Shown in pieces: positions 12,755-25,490 of a stretch of DNA of 64,000 nucleotides. The stretch's first letter is position 1. The number at the start of each line of letters is the position of its first letter. The stretch lies in assembly GCA_026026165.1 (NCBI GenBank), contig JAPEUD010000008.1, positions 62,001 to 126,000 on the forward strand, written 5' to 3'. The notes under the pieces are model-generated. The model did no database searches. It worked only from the letters and a program-made list of their open reading frames with translations, and had not been told where the DNA came from. This DNA comes from Sarea resinae. Its lineage: Eukaryota. The position numbers and the translations under genes are program-made.

Positions 12755-13138
12755 CTATTCAGACTTTGTCTTCCCCCTGTACCTATTCTTCTGCTCGCTA
12801 TTCTTGCCCCTCTTGACCTTGATCATGAAACAAAACGGTACGCAAAGGAATAGTACCGCGTCTTCGAATGAGAGCTTGACGGCGCGTTTTTCCTTCTTTT
12901 TGTTATTTGCCGGAGTCTTTACATCTGTGTTGCATCTGGCATTGCCGTCGTTATTCTCGTCGTTCTTTTCAGACGCTGTAGAGTCAGAAGAGTGATCGAG
13001 CGTTGACATGAGCGCTGGGAACATGGCCTTATTCCTTTCTGATCTTAGGTATTCTCTGCTGTTGCTGTTGCCGTTGGTGTGAGGATTCAAGTCAAGCTTG
13101 AAGGGCTTGGAAGAAGGGGGAGACAGGAATAATTGCAT
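12755..13138 (-). CDS. Possible small hypothetical protein (127 aa)
   Basis: ATG-initiated ORF, low-complexity N/K-rich with a short hydrophobic patch (AVLFLCVPFCFMI); no recognisable domain. Confidence 0.2.
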   Translation of the reverse strand: MQLFLSPPSSKPFKLDLNPHTNGNSNSREYLRSERNKAMFPALMSTLDHSSDSTASEKNDENNDGNARCNTDVKTPANNKKKEKRAVKLSFEDAVLFLCVPFCFMIKVKRGKNSEQKNRYRGKTKSE

Positions 13139-13738
13139 GAGGGAATGTGAATTGCTGCTAAATATAAGAGTGCCTATCTACGTGGTAGGTCGTGTCTGAA
13201 GTGAAGTATGGAGTGAACAGCGAAGTGAAATATCATATACATAGAAAAGAGAGAGGAGCCCCAAAGCGTCAGTGTGTCAGGCTGCTCAGCATAGATTAAG
13301 TGGTATGGACTTAGTAGTAAAGGAGCCGTTTCTCATACTCCTAGGAACGATCCTTAACAGTGAGCGTTGTCTTTAATTGACAAGAGATGGTTTGAGAGAG
13401 AGATAACAGGTGAGCCACTCATCGATGACTCTGCTCTCGACACTGCTGATACCGCCGTCCTTGTCCAGTGATTTCCTCTCCTCTCCGTCCGCTCCCCAGC
13501 AATCTTCCAGTCCAGAACTCACACCCTCCCCCTTCCCCCCAAACCCTCTTCTTTCACTGCTCCGCTCCTCTGACCATCTCTTGCCTCTCACCCCTCCCAC
13601 CCCCCTCGGCCTCGTCTCCCCTTATGCCTTGCATTTCCTCTCCGCGTCAACCGTTCGCATCTCAACCCCCGTCCCCCCATACCCTTTTCATTCCCTTATA
13701 CCTCCCCCCACCCTCGCTCCCCTTCAATCTCTCCCATC

Positions 13739-13906
13739 TCATCCACCCACCTCACCCACCCCGCCTCTCTCATCACGCACAACCCTAACGCGCGTCGCCC
13801 ATAAGCCCGTCCTCCACGCGCAATAATTGATCAAGATGTAATACGTGAGCGCAGCAAGGATGAGGATCAGGATGATAATGAGGATGATGACCAAGTTGCC
13901 GTTCAT
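13739..13906 (-). CDS. Putative small single-pass membrane protein (55 aa; below the ORF-track cutoff)
   Basis: Hand-translated MNGNLVIILIIILILILAALTYYILINYCAWRTGLWATRVRVVRDERGGVGEVGG*; A at -3; long hydrophobic helix followed by an Arg-rich segment. Confidence 0.4.
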   Translation of the reverse strand: MNGNLVIILIIILILILAALTYYILINYCAWRTGLWATRVRVVRDERGGVGEVGG

Positions 13907-14578
13907 TATTATTCGGATGGGAGTTCAGAGCTGTATGAAGGCGTGAGCGCGGGGATAGGTGGGAGATGTGCAGTCGTGGATGAGCGGTAAGTCTGGTGAA
14001 GATTCTATTAGGATGGTGGAGGCAAAGGTGGCGGTCAAGGAGAGAAGAAAGGGTAAAGGAGGATGTGAAGCGGTCGAAGGCGTGAATGTAGAAGCTGAAT
14101 CCCAATACTGAATCCATGAAGAACAACCTCAGCGTTGGCGCTGTGTCAAGATATGCGTGCGTATGTACGAGGTGCAACGACGTAGAAAAAGAAAACCAAG
14201 AAAGAAAAAAAAGTCAAACCACTTTAGAGTTAGTGCTGGATAAGGAAGTTGAGTTGGTGAAGCTTGAATATTGAGGAGTTCAGGTTTTTGAAGCTTAGGC
14301 GTTTGGTGAGTCGATAGGATAGATCTATATCCGTGCGCGGAGCACTCATCCACTCACTCTAGTCTTGATGTCTATTTTCTTCATTTTTTCTCCTGGTTCT
14401 GTTATCTTTCCTTACAACCACCTTCCTTCTACAGAATCCCCTCCTCCCTCTTTCCTCCTCTTCCGGCGACCGCTTAGCGGGGCGATAGCGTTTCTTATAG
14501 AGCTCACACACGTAGTTGAGGGAAGCAAGAAGTAAGCATTGTCTGGTTTATTTATCAGTCACTAAAGCCACTCATCAC

Positions 14579-17500
14579 TTATCTACTTCTTGGACCCCTA
14601 AGCTCCTCCAACCGCTCAATCCACATCTCGTGTAACCGTCTCTTTTGCCCAAGCTCTGTTAAACTCTCGAGTCTCCCCCGAATGTTTTCGATAACAGCGC
14701 GATCCAAAATCTTGTCATTCTCTCTCTCTCCCCATTCCAGCACTACGCCCGCAGCACAGATAACCCGGATGCCCAAAGCAAAGACCTCAGGCTTCGTGGT
14801 CCAACCTAGAGGACCATCGGTGTCATGATCAGCCGTAGCAGAAAGCAACGTCTCTAGCCCCTCTGAAACCCACGTAGTAAATTTTGAGGTGAGAGAAGAG
14901 GCAGAGGTGATAGGGACCGAGGACAGGCGGAGAAGAACTTGGGACCAGATATCTATCTCGCGGACAGGATCAACGAATAGATTTTGTTTCTCTTCAACAA
15001 AGAGCGTCGTGTCTTCCTTGAGGTATTTCGACAGAATCTCTTTGAAGGGGCGGAAGTCCAATGCCTTGGAATCAGAGGAAGAAGCGGAGGCCTTGGACTG
15101 AGGGAAAGATTCGACCTGCAATTGTTGCCCTACTACCCGCATGAGCGCCTCGTCATGAAGTTGGGAGCTCTGGGTATAATTTTCGACGAGGAAATCAGCT
15201 AGTTTGCGGCTAGCGGCTAGCGGGATGAGTGATATAGTAGGCATGTTGTCTTTTGAAGGGTCGGACAGGATCCACGACACGACTTCTGCACCCTTGTCGC
15301 GGATTTCATCATCATCGTCGTTTAAGATGTCATAGAGAGTGAAATATAGGCCGAGGAAACAGGGGAGAGTCCTGGGGTAACTTCCACGGGGGCGAAAGCC
15401 GGCTTTAAAGGCTTTCAGGGAGTTGGCGGCGGCTTCTCGTGTTGTATAGTCCTTTGAAAGTCAGTATGATGGATAGATAGTGTATGTGAGGGAGGAGTGA
15501 GAAAATAATTGTACCTTAGATTCGTGCCCGGCAAACGAGAGCATGCGACTGTATGAAAACAACTTTCGCCCCAACGTATCTGAGGAGTCATCGTCACCGA
15601 AAATCTCAAGAGACAGAACATGACCATGGAAAATGAGAGCTGCGTCCGCAGTCGACGGGCCTGCAGTGGAAGCGGCTGATGCGAATGCGAGTGTGACTGC
15701 TTCGGCAGACTTCAAAAGAGCGACAGGCAAAGCATCTGGCGGACTATTTTCCAATGAGTTGTTCAATTTGCTTACGCAGAGTGACCTCACTGCCAGAGAG
15801 GATGTCTCGATAATAACATGGCAGAGCCCTGATTGAAGCTCTTTATGAAACATAGCAGGCAAAAGGGCTTGCTCCATTCGATCCAAAAATGCGCAAGCCG
15901 CATCTGGGTCCTCTCTCGACAACAACAACACGAGCTTTCCTAGAAGGTCGTATCTGGATGTTGTGCAGTAGTAAACACTCATGAACCATGCGACAGCTGG
16001 TCGAAGCAGTGAACTTTCGGCCCAGAGATTAACGGGAAAAGAGGAGTCCCTGATTTCGGTGGAAGATTGTATTAGGAGAGCAGTGTTTTGCTGCATATCC
16101 TCAAATATCTGGAAGCGACTGATGATTTGGGGTACGCGATCTAGAGAGCTAAGTTAGATAGTCGTCCAGATTTATCATGAAGTACTCACCCGTCAAATTC
16201 GTGGCCCCTGACTTGAGTAAGAAAGTAAGCAAGGTATTGATAGTCTCAAGATAAGCAGCCATAGTAGCTGGCGCTGAGTTCCATGGGATGAGGTTGACAT
16301 AGAACTCATCGAGAAGAGTTAAGAGAGATTCGCCATAATCTGCAAATCGTATCAACTACATCCCTAAATATAGACCCGAGTCTTTCTTAACTTACCATTC
16401 CAAGAATCTTTGATGACCATTTGAGAGGCTTCCAGAATATACCTTACACACAATAGTCTCCCATGGTAAGCATTCTGAGAAAGTGAGGAAAACCCTAGCA
16501 CTCTTTCAACTTCTTGCACATAGTCTGCAGGATGCATGAGGGAGCAATATGTTCGAGCAGCCATATCCCTTACGAGCCACTTGTCACTACTCAAGTGGCC
16601 TAGGACAAGGCCTTGAAAAAGTCCAGAATGACCCTCTGGAGCCCCTGCACGACGTAAGATCTCCAATGCAGGAAATACGCCTTCTATTGCGGCGCTGGCA
16701 GGAAGGACTGCTTGAATTGTCGCTTGAGTCTCACCGGTCTCTACCTGCTGCTTGTGAGGAGTCCCGATATCGAGCAACCGAACAAGTAAATTAGGTAGAT
16801 TAGTATACTTTTTGTAATCTAGTTTCAAAGATCTCATAGCCGCTTCAGGGTCTTGCGACATCTGTGGCTCGCTATTACCAAGAAGCCGGTCAATGAGTGC
16901 TCGCAGAAGCATCATGCCGCAGTTTCGGATCGGCCATCTGTTAAATGGATTAGCTATGAGCGGGGAAGGTACTGGAGAGTTCTCTATACTTACGCATGCG
17001 AGCTGAGGGAGGTGGCGGCTAGGTCGAGTGCCCCAGCAATATAGGGTTCGGAAATTGCACTAAGCTTAGCACCCCTGAAAATGTCCTTAAGACAATTCAG
17101 CGCATGCACTTGTGGAAGCTCTACTTCTGAATCATCTGTCGTCTGCACAGGAGCCTGCGCTATTAATTGCAGGTCTGCCATCACATCCGTGAAAAATGCT
17201 CCTTCGAGATTGGCGGATAAGATGCCTGTGACCAAAGAAGGAAGACCAGCAGAGCGTCGTGTAATAGCTGATGCTTGATCTCGTATTCGGTCCAATGTTT
17301 GCTAACATAATGAGAAACAGCCATTTTGCGGAATTTTGCATGCACATACCTTGTACCACAGGATAGGCATTGATCGTATATCGGCATCAATTGATTGGCT
17401 GCATCTTTGACAGCAAGAGGCAAACGTTAAGGAGACAGTTGAGAAGGCACCACGATGGCGCAAATCAGCCAGTTGAATGAATGTTATGTCACCTATCAAT

Positions 17501-20149
17501 CTGATATGACTAACGTCGAGCACAGCAATGTCTGGACTGGCAGAGTATGGGGCCTTTGAAATGATGATCTTAAGCAGAGAACTGCAGAGGTCAGCATTTC
17601 GTTCGGAAAAGTAATGTTTCCGGCTCATACCTAGCTTCCTTCAAAGCTCTCCAAGAGTAGCTGAGCAAATCTTTCGTACTAATGTCCTCGCCACCTCCTT
17701 CAAAATCTTCCGGCATATGCCCTTCGGGAGCATCATCACAAAGTACACTGCGGACAATTTGCCAAACAGCATGACAAGCACCGATAGCACGATAGTGCAG
17801 ATTCTTCCAAGAATTGAAGTTATTACGATCCAAACCGGATATGAAGGAATAGAAGTCAGGACGGTCGAAGATATACCTGCTGAGATTCGTAATCGGAATA
17901 AACAAAAGGAGCCTCAGAGGACGACGAACCTCAAACTAACAAACTGTGCATGAACCGGATTAGAAGCGACGGCTGCTGCAAGATCCTCACTTGCAATAGC
18001 TAGATTGTTCTCGAGACGTAGGATGATTTGCTCCACTACTAATAGGAGAGAATTGCTCCCATCTCCTCCATGGGAGGAGATACTAGACGCAGATATACCA
18101 CCAGTCTTGCAGCTCTCAAAAACGAGTTCCCAACTACGGGCGACTCCATCTGAGTGGTCCGCTCTGCCAGTCCGGTGGGCTAGGGCTTCAGCTCGTGAGA
18201 GGAACAGATAATTCGTCAACGATTCAAGTCCAACGCTGATATTACCTGGAGGTAAGGCAACATCTGAAGGCTTTGAATTAATGGCTTGCGAAGGGTTTTG
18301 CTTGAGCTCTACCCCTTCCATGAAGACCATAGTAGAAGCGGTACCTTTTAAGGCAACAGCGGCTGCACTGCGAACATCATCGAAAGGATCCATTAGGAGA
18401 TCCAACAGATTGCGCGTCAAGAGTGGGCTGGCAAGCCCTTTATGCAGGGACCGAGAAATGCGTTCGGGTCCCATTGGGTCACCCACTCCAGCCTTGATCA
18501 TGAGATTGAGAGCCTTGAGAGAAGTGATGTGGAGTTGATATGGTGCAGTAGGCCGTAATTTAGCCAAAAGAAAAGATATGTACCAAGTCAAGAAATCAGT
18601 ATGTTGCCTCAAGCGAGCCTGAGTCTCCTCCACGGATCTCTGACATGGTTCTTTTCCACGCTGAAGCTTTTCAGGCCTTTGCATTCTACTCAATTCTCGG
18701 CTTAAGTAGGACATAGCGCCTTTCACCCTTTCAATCAATCTTTTGCTAAGACTTAGGACATCTGTGCGGAACTTGGCATCTGTGTCGGCATAGAATCCTT
18801 CCAAATGGTATCGGAGAAGTGATAGAGCTTCGACAGAAAAAGGGTTAAGTATCGAAGGTGATGTAATGAGAAGTGACAAGGAGGCAATCCGGACAACAGG
18901 AGAAGAATTTGGCAGGAGTCGCCCAACGATAGTATCCGATACAATGACCGCATCACTACTTCTGTTCGAATCTTCGATAGAAGCACCTATCAATGTCAAA
19001 AATCAAGGTAAAAGAGATCATCGGATGTGTAAAGGAGACTCACCAGATCCTTGGACCAGCCCCAGGTCTTTGCCTGATTGTAATACAGAGAATAGGAGTA
19101 ATGTCTGATATTCATCGTTCGTAACAGGGGATCCAGACAGAACATTGTCAATGCCTAGGGCTTGCAAGTACTTTCTGAAGTCTGCGGTACGTAATCGAAA
19201 TATCTTTGAGAACACTTGATGCCTAAGAGCTTCTAGTGTATCGGGATTTGTTTTCACAGTCTGCAGTACGGGTGATGTCCACAAGGGTGATCCATTGACC
19301 GAATTGTAATAGGGTGTTTCCTGTGTCTGTTGCTTCTCTAATACGCGGAAGAAAGCCGAAAATAAGTGTCCAGCAGTAGGAGCAAGATCAGTGTAGGAAA
19401 TCCATTTCAATACTGTGGACATGAACTCTTCAACACAACAGTCCCAGGATGGTACTGGCTGTCCAGAACTGGGCCCAGAGTCATTTGAAGCTGTATTGGA
19501 ACATTGAACAAATCGGATTAGACGGTCTGAAGTTAAAACCCCTTTGGCGAGAAAATTCTCTAGGGCTTGCATCGCGGGCTTTAATTGAGGGTGACCTTCT
19601 CTCTTTAATATAATCGATATGATCCTCGAAACAGCTGAATCTTTGGTTTCCTCGAAGTCAAAGTCTTCAAGGTTCTGCAGGAGGATAGAAGTTAGAGTCG
19701 ACAAGACTTGTCTCATAGACTTGACTTTAGCAGCATCATATCTCGAAAGATACAGTTCAAAAAGATGGGTCCAATGCTCAGTTGACCGGCTGAGATGCCG
19801 CACTTCCTTGGCCGAACAAGATTGACATTGCTCTAGCAGACCGCACAGTGCATTGAAAGCAGCTGTGCGATGTGAGGGCGTTATATTGGTCAATGCTGTG
19901 GTCTTGAAGAGAGCCTGGAGTAAACCATGGAGCCTCCTAGCAGGGTAAGCGCAAATCGATCGGTCACGTTAGGCACAGGAAGCCCATGGGGAGATCTCAC
20001 TTTGCAAGATCATGATCTTCGCTTATATTTGAAGCAGAGAACAAATGTTTCATCCCTTTGCTGAATTGACGCAAATCATCTTCGGTCATGGAAGCGCCAT
20101 GGGCGGCAGACGGGGGGTTCAGCAAGATCGCTGGGCGTGACGAGTCCAT
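14579..20149 (-). CDS. TRM732: Trm732/THADA-like HEAT-repeat protein (DUF2428), tRNA 2'-O-methylation cofactor
   Basis: DUF2428 motifs VLCDDAPEGH, LLSYSWRALKEA, QLADLRHRGAFSTV, ITRRSAGLPSL, LPQVHALNCLKDIF, A|WPIRNCGMMLLRALIDRL, LMDPFDDVR, LYDILNDDDDEIRD. Many short GT-AG introns link the ORFs. Start is 20149 or the in-frame ATG at 20089. Confidence 0.9.
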
Positions 20150-20593
20150 TGGCAGTAAGTGATTCTTGCTGTTCTTATCCCATTGTAGCTACAGAAGATA
20201 TATCCATGGAGATTCTCCCGCGAAAGTGAAACTTCCTAACATCGAGCTTCCGCATTCTCTTCAATATCAGAATCACTACGGTCTTCCGGTCGCTCCCAAA
20301 CGGCATCGATCATCAATGGCGCAGGAGGTCCTTGTGCTGTCCCTTAGCCACCTAGGCCCTTTTTCCGGCTCAGGGATTGTCCGGGCGCGCTGCACGTCAT
20401 GACTAAGCCAAATTTTCCACATCACGGCAAGTCATCCATTGCATTTCTTTGCACCCAAATCTCCTCCAAGGGCATCTCCTGCGGTCTGTCTGTCGACGTC
20501 AATATCAATCTTCCACTTGCCGGCGGCCCCTATCAACCGTGAGGACTCGATACTCCCTCTCTCCTCCTCTTCCGAGCAACGTGCGCCTCCGAA

Positions 20594-21314
20594 ATGTCCA
20601 TCTGGGATAGCTTGACCGGACGGAAATCGTCATCTTCCTCTTCATCTGCTACGCCTCAGGACGACGCAGACACTTTCCAGCCGACCGCCTTCGATCCCTC
20701 CACCGCACAAGATGTCTCTTCTTTCCTCTCTGGCCCTTCACTACCCGACCCGTCCCAATTACACCCTCTCGCTGGCCTGAACCAGCAGACCCTCGACTAC
20801 CTCACACTCGAAGACTCTGCGCTCTCCGACCTGCCCGGTGCGCAGTCTGCGCTGCCATCGCGAGGCTGGTCGGATGATCTCTGCTACGGCACTGGTGTCA
20901 CCTATCTTACTGGACTGTCACTGGGAGGAGCATGGGGCTTAGCCGAAGGGCTGAATCGGTCGCCCGCGTCTGCGCCGCCGAAGCTGCGGCTGAACTCGGT
21001 CCTGAACGCCGTGACACGGCGAGGACCCTTCCTGGGGAACTCGGCCGGCGTTGTTGCCATGGTCTACAATATCATCAATTCTGTCATTGGACACTACCGA
21101 GGAAAACACGACTCGGCGAACAGTGTTCTGGCTGGTGCGATTAGCGGAATGATCTTTAAGAGCACGAGAGGGATTAAACCAATGATGATTTCGGGTGGAA
21201 TAGTCGCCTCGGCAGCAGGTGCATGGGCGGTATGTTTGAAAGAATTGAATACTGCAAGTTTTCTCTTACTGACTCTCCATCTAATCATAGGTTGCCAGAA
21301 AAGCTCTTTTCTAA
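20594..21314 (+). CDS. TIM23: Mitochondrial inner membrane translocase subunit Tim23
   Basis: LPSRGWSDDLCYGTGVTYL, KLRLNSVLNAVTRRGPFLGNSAGVVAMVYN, RGKHD, G-x-IFKSTRG. Intron 21230-21290, last exon VARKALF*. Confidence 0.96.
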
Positions 21315-22317
21315 AGCTTTGCTCATCGAATAGACGACTTTTCGAAAATGGCTTTGCTAGGTACCTTGGAAACTTACGCATACAACGGACGGAAAGCCAT
21401 AATCTGTTTCTCTGTACTTCAAACCTAACCTCGCTGATAATTTGCCCCGTTGTGTTTTCTGCGTGTTCTTAGCGTATCATTCAGCCCTGTATGACTAGCT
21501 GAGGTTATCTCGTTTATACCGGTCTGGCAGGGCAGGCAGGCAGGGCAGGGCCGGGTCAGACTTCTCTCCTCTTTAGAATCACAGCCACTTCAGTCAAACG
21601 GAGCCGGCTCTTGTATATATAGTTTTGTGTGCTGCTGTCGCATAAGGTAGGAATCATGAAGACAACTTTTCGCGCAATTCTTTCATGGGATCCAACTCTG
21701 CAACATGTTATTACTGATGCGTACAGAACGGCAATTCTGGCATCTGGAGCCTCAGAACATCCAACGATTTTGGGATGTGGCTGCTTTGTCCTGCGCCGAA
21801 GATTATTCTGAACATTACTATCATTGCCGTCATTACCACATGAAGCAGCAACAACATCTCAGACTCTTTACGGGCAGCTATCTGACTCAAAGACCAGGCG
21901 TTCCTTTTCATGACATTTCTCGTGCTACAACGACACTTCTGCCAAACGGCAGGACTAACCAGTCCGAAACAGGAAGTAACTGACAAGACAAGACCAAAGT
22001 GCTATCCGGAGTAGCACTTTCCCAAGCGTGATCAGCCGCGGTCAACACTTCCGCAGGCCGTCGCCTTTCTCCGTCAGCATCTTTATCACCTCCACCAGGA
22101 TGCTTTCACTGCATGACTACTTGCTGCATCCGCTCCGGATCTCTCATTGATGTCCTGTCCATTCACTACCTATACTCTACACCCTTCACGAGTACCAAAG
22201 CGCTGGAATTGAACCCTCGGCCATCACACCGTTATCGCAGGTATTGTGCTAGCCCATGGAGAGCGGTTCCGTCTAGAGCAACACACCATGTTGAGGTAGC
22301 GAGCACGGCATCAATCA

Positions 22318-24669
22318 ATGTCGACCGAGTCAACAAACCCATCGCGTGCAAGCGCTGTGAGCACCATCGCCACATCACGAACTTCCGAGTCGCCATTCTC
22401 GGTGGAAGCCAGGATTCACATCACGCCGACTGAACTGATCGCGCACGGCAAAGAATGGCTGGACCTCAATGGCCATAACCTCATGGACACGGCGGTGCTT
22501 CCCACGACGGAACTCGCCAACTTCTTTGGTGTGCCGAGCGAGGATGCGCCGACCCAGACCCTGGGGTCGTCTGTGAGGCTTTCTGCCAGCGAAGAACGCC
22601 TCGTTTATGATGTCGAGGAGGCCCGTAAGGGGGAGCTTCTGGATGTGTTGAGCTATCATGCGGAGAATTGCACAGAGGCTTTCGTGTCCGCGGTCCAGAT
22701 CGTCGATAGGGAACTGTTAAAAAAGGGCGTATTTGATACCGTCATCATCCCTCTGGCTGCTCGGAGCTCCCTCACACCGCTATTCTCATACACTTCTCCT
22801 CTGGACGCCACAGATAACACCTCAGCGGTCGAGACCTCTGCGGCACCTATTAATGTCCCGTCCCCTCATACTGCGGCGTTCGGAATCTCTGCCTCGGCCA
22901 TGATCAGAAACGAGCCGCTGACGCATAATAAACTTATTCGCAAGCTCAAACTTCTCAATCAACGAACGCGGGAAAAGGCGATGGGCGGGCTTGTAACAGC
23001 GGCAGCAGCTGCACGCAACGCCCGCGGACAGGAGGATATCGCAGTCGAGCTCGCACGCAAGGACAAAGATGTGGCATACACGGACCTTACACGAGACTAC
23101 ATCGATCTCACAAAAGGAGAAGATGACGTTGACCTGCCATTCTCTCCGATCCCGTCCGTCGATTTCTCGGTCTGCTTCGACGGCTTCCAGGAACTCATAA
23201 CCATCCACCTCTTAAATGACGTTCATTACCCCGGCGACGCGAGCGGAAAAGTGACGCTACAATTCATGCCGTCGACCGACTTTTGGCAATTTCTCGACCT
23301 GCTGAAGCAGAATTCCGTTGCGAGCAGTCGGCTCGGATGGAATGAATATCAAGACAGATCGGAGCATAGAGGCTACACGCTTGCGGATGGGGCATGGCTC
23401 TATCGTTTTGTTAGAACGTCTACTACTGCTGTCACCAAGTTTGAAGAGGGCCCTAACTTGACGTTGATATTTGAGCATGATTATCGCCAATTGATGTCGA
23501 AATTGGCGCATCCAATGGCACCATGGGGAGCCGTATTTTTTCATGTATGTGTTTGAACTCTCTTCTCTGTTGTTTGGCACACACACACCCTCTTTCAACA
23601 CGAATCGAGAGTCGACTACAATGCTAAGACACTCTCATAGCAACGCACCTTCACAGCCTTCAATCGCCGGCGCGCCATCGCCGGGGCAGCAGGTGGTTCC
23701 ATGTTTGCACACGCGGCCAGCCAAAATGCCGCCGCCGCCGCCGCCGCCACTGAACTCTCCGTCACACATATCAGCGCCACCGAGCCCATCGATTTCGACC
23801 CTAGTCCTCAACCTCAATCGAATCGTAACGCGTCAAAGGAGGCTTACCACGATGGCCTAAGGAATTGGCATATCTCGCAGCTCGATAATGTCGTCGCCGA
23901 CAGTGGTGATGACTATGATGACGATGATGACGATGACGACGACGTCGACGAAGATGAGAGCAATCCAGCACCCCCCTCGAATACCTTCGCATCGTTCCTG
24001 CCGCCTGACCCTGGTAATCAGCAGGGCAACGGGCAAGACTTGGTCGATAGTCGATACGGTGCCAGTAAGAATGATAAGAACAATGATCATGATAATGGCT
24101 CGAACGCCGACGGCCGCTCTAATGCTAGATTGATGTCGTCGCCTGGACACGATGGCACCACCACCCCTACCGCTAAGGACAAACTCGACATGAGTGACAG
24201 CACCACCTACCAAGGTACCACGAACCCAAATGTGGCGGCAGCGTCGGCGGCGTCGGCGTCTGGAATTATAGGCGACAGCATCTACATGGACTCGGAGACG
24301 GGCAGCATAGGCCTGTTTACCGACCCCGGGACGACGGGCGAGAGTATCTACGGATGGTCCGTTGATGGCGTCGCAGATGCTCATCCAGACGAGAGGAGGC
24401 CCTACGGCATCGGCGGCGGCGAGCACGGCGGTTTCGTTTGTCTCCGGGACCTTGAGATAACTGGGCCTGGTATCACTGCTGCTGCAGCTGGTACTGAGAC
24501 TGGAAGTAGGATCGAAGCTGCGACTGAGCCGCTTCACCAGGAGACCCATCGACCGCCGTGGTTTGACGGCTCGGTACCCTCCGACCTAGACGGCTTGGGT
24601 GGGGAGAGACAGAGTGCCGATGAGTGGGAGGCTGTTCACGGCGGTGATCGTGGCGAAAGAGGCTCGTAA
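22318..24669 (+). CDS. Hypothetical orphan protein (~751 aa) with acidic disordered C-terminus
   Basis: The 412-aa and 322-aa ORFs are joined in phase 0 by intron 23545-23640 (GTATGT...GCTAAG...CATAG). No family recognised. Confidence 0.7.
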
Positions 24670-25490
24670 AGGTCATTGCTGGTTGGTTGTCTTGGTTGCC
24701 TTTGGTCGTCGCTGGGCAGCAGAGTTTGACAGACGGAGGGATACTCCTCGCTTCTTTGGGCCATGGCTTCCGTGTACGAAAGGAAAAGCGTCAGGAATGG
24801 AAAGGAATGAAACGGAACGGAATTGGCGTCTCGGTTTTTGATGATGATGATAATGACCAGGATCGTGGGGAGGGCGTTTAATTAGTGGCCCGCGGGTATA
24901 TGTTTAGTCACTCATGCACTCACTCTTTCACTTGGGTCTAGCCCCCTCAACTGGGATTGCATAGGACAGGACAGGACGGGATAGCATAGCATAGCACAGC
25001 AATGTGGGATCCCCATCACCGTCCTGTATCACCGCATTGTATCGCAATATCGACGTATCACAAGATCTCAGCCTGGATGGTGCGGGCATTGGCATTGGCA
25101 TCGGCATTGGCGTCATGTCGTGTCAATTGTTGCTTCAGAACGAAGAAATGATTGCTTGTAATTACACTCAATATACGCCTTCCCCCCCTTCCCCCCCTTT
25201 GTACCGGCCGCCGAAGAACAAAATACTAGAAGAAGACGACGCCTGATATGGTTGATGTGGAAATGAAGATAAATGAGGAAGAAGAGGAAGAAGAGGAAGA
25301 AGAAGAAGAAGGGGAAGGATGGATTATGCATGAATATAGGGTATATATGAAAGATCTCTTTTTTTCCCAATGCCGCTAAACATTTTTCTTGAAAACCGAA
25401 ATCAGCCAACCAAAAGAAAAAAGAAAGGAAACTATTCCATGTAACTAACACGCAAGGGACAAACCAGCGGCCATGAGGGCGGGAAGCGCT

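Noticed and set aside
21231..21472. C-terminal extension of the TIM23 ORF in the track
   Set aside because: Read-through of intron 21230-21290; the spliced protein ends at 21314.
21996..22020. 9-bp hairpin AAAGTGCTA-N7-TAGCACTTT
   Set aside because: Short enough to occur by chance; no target-site duplication or element context.
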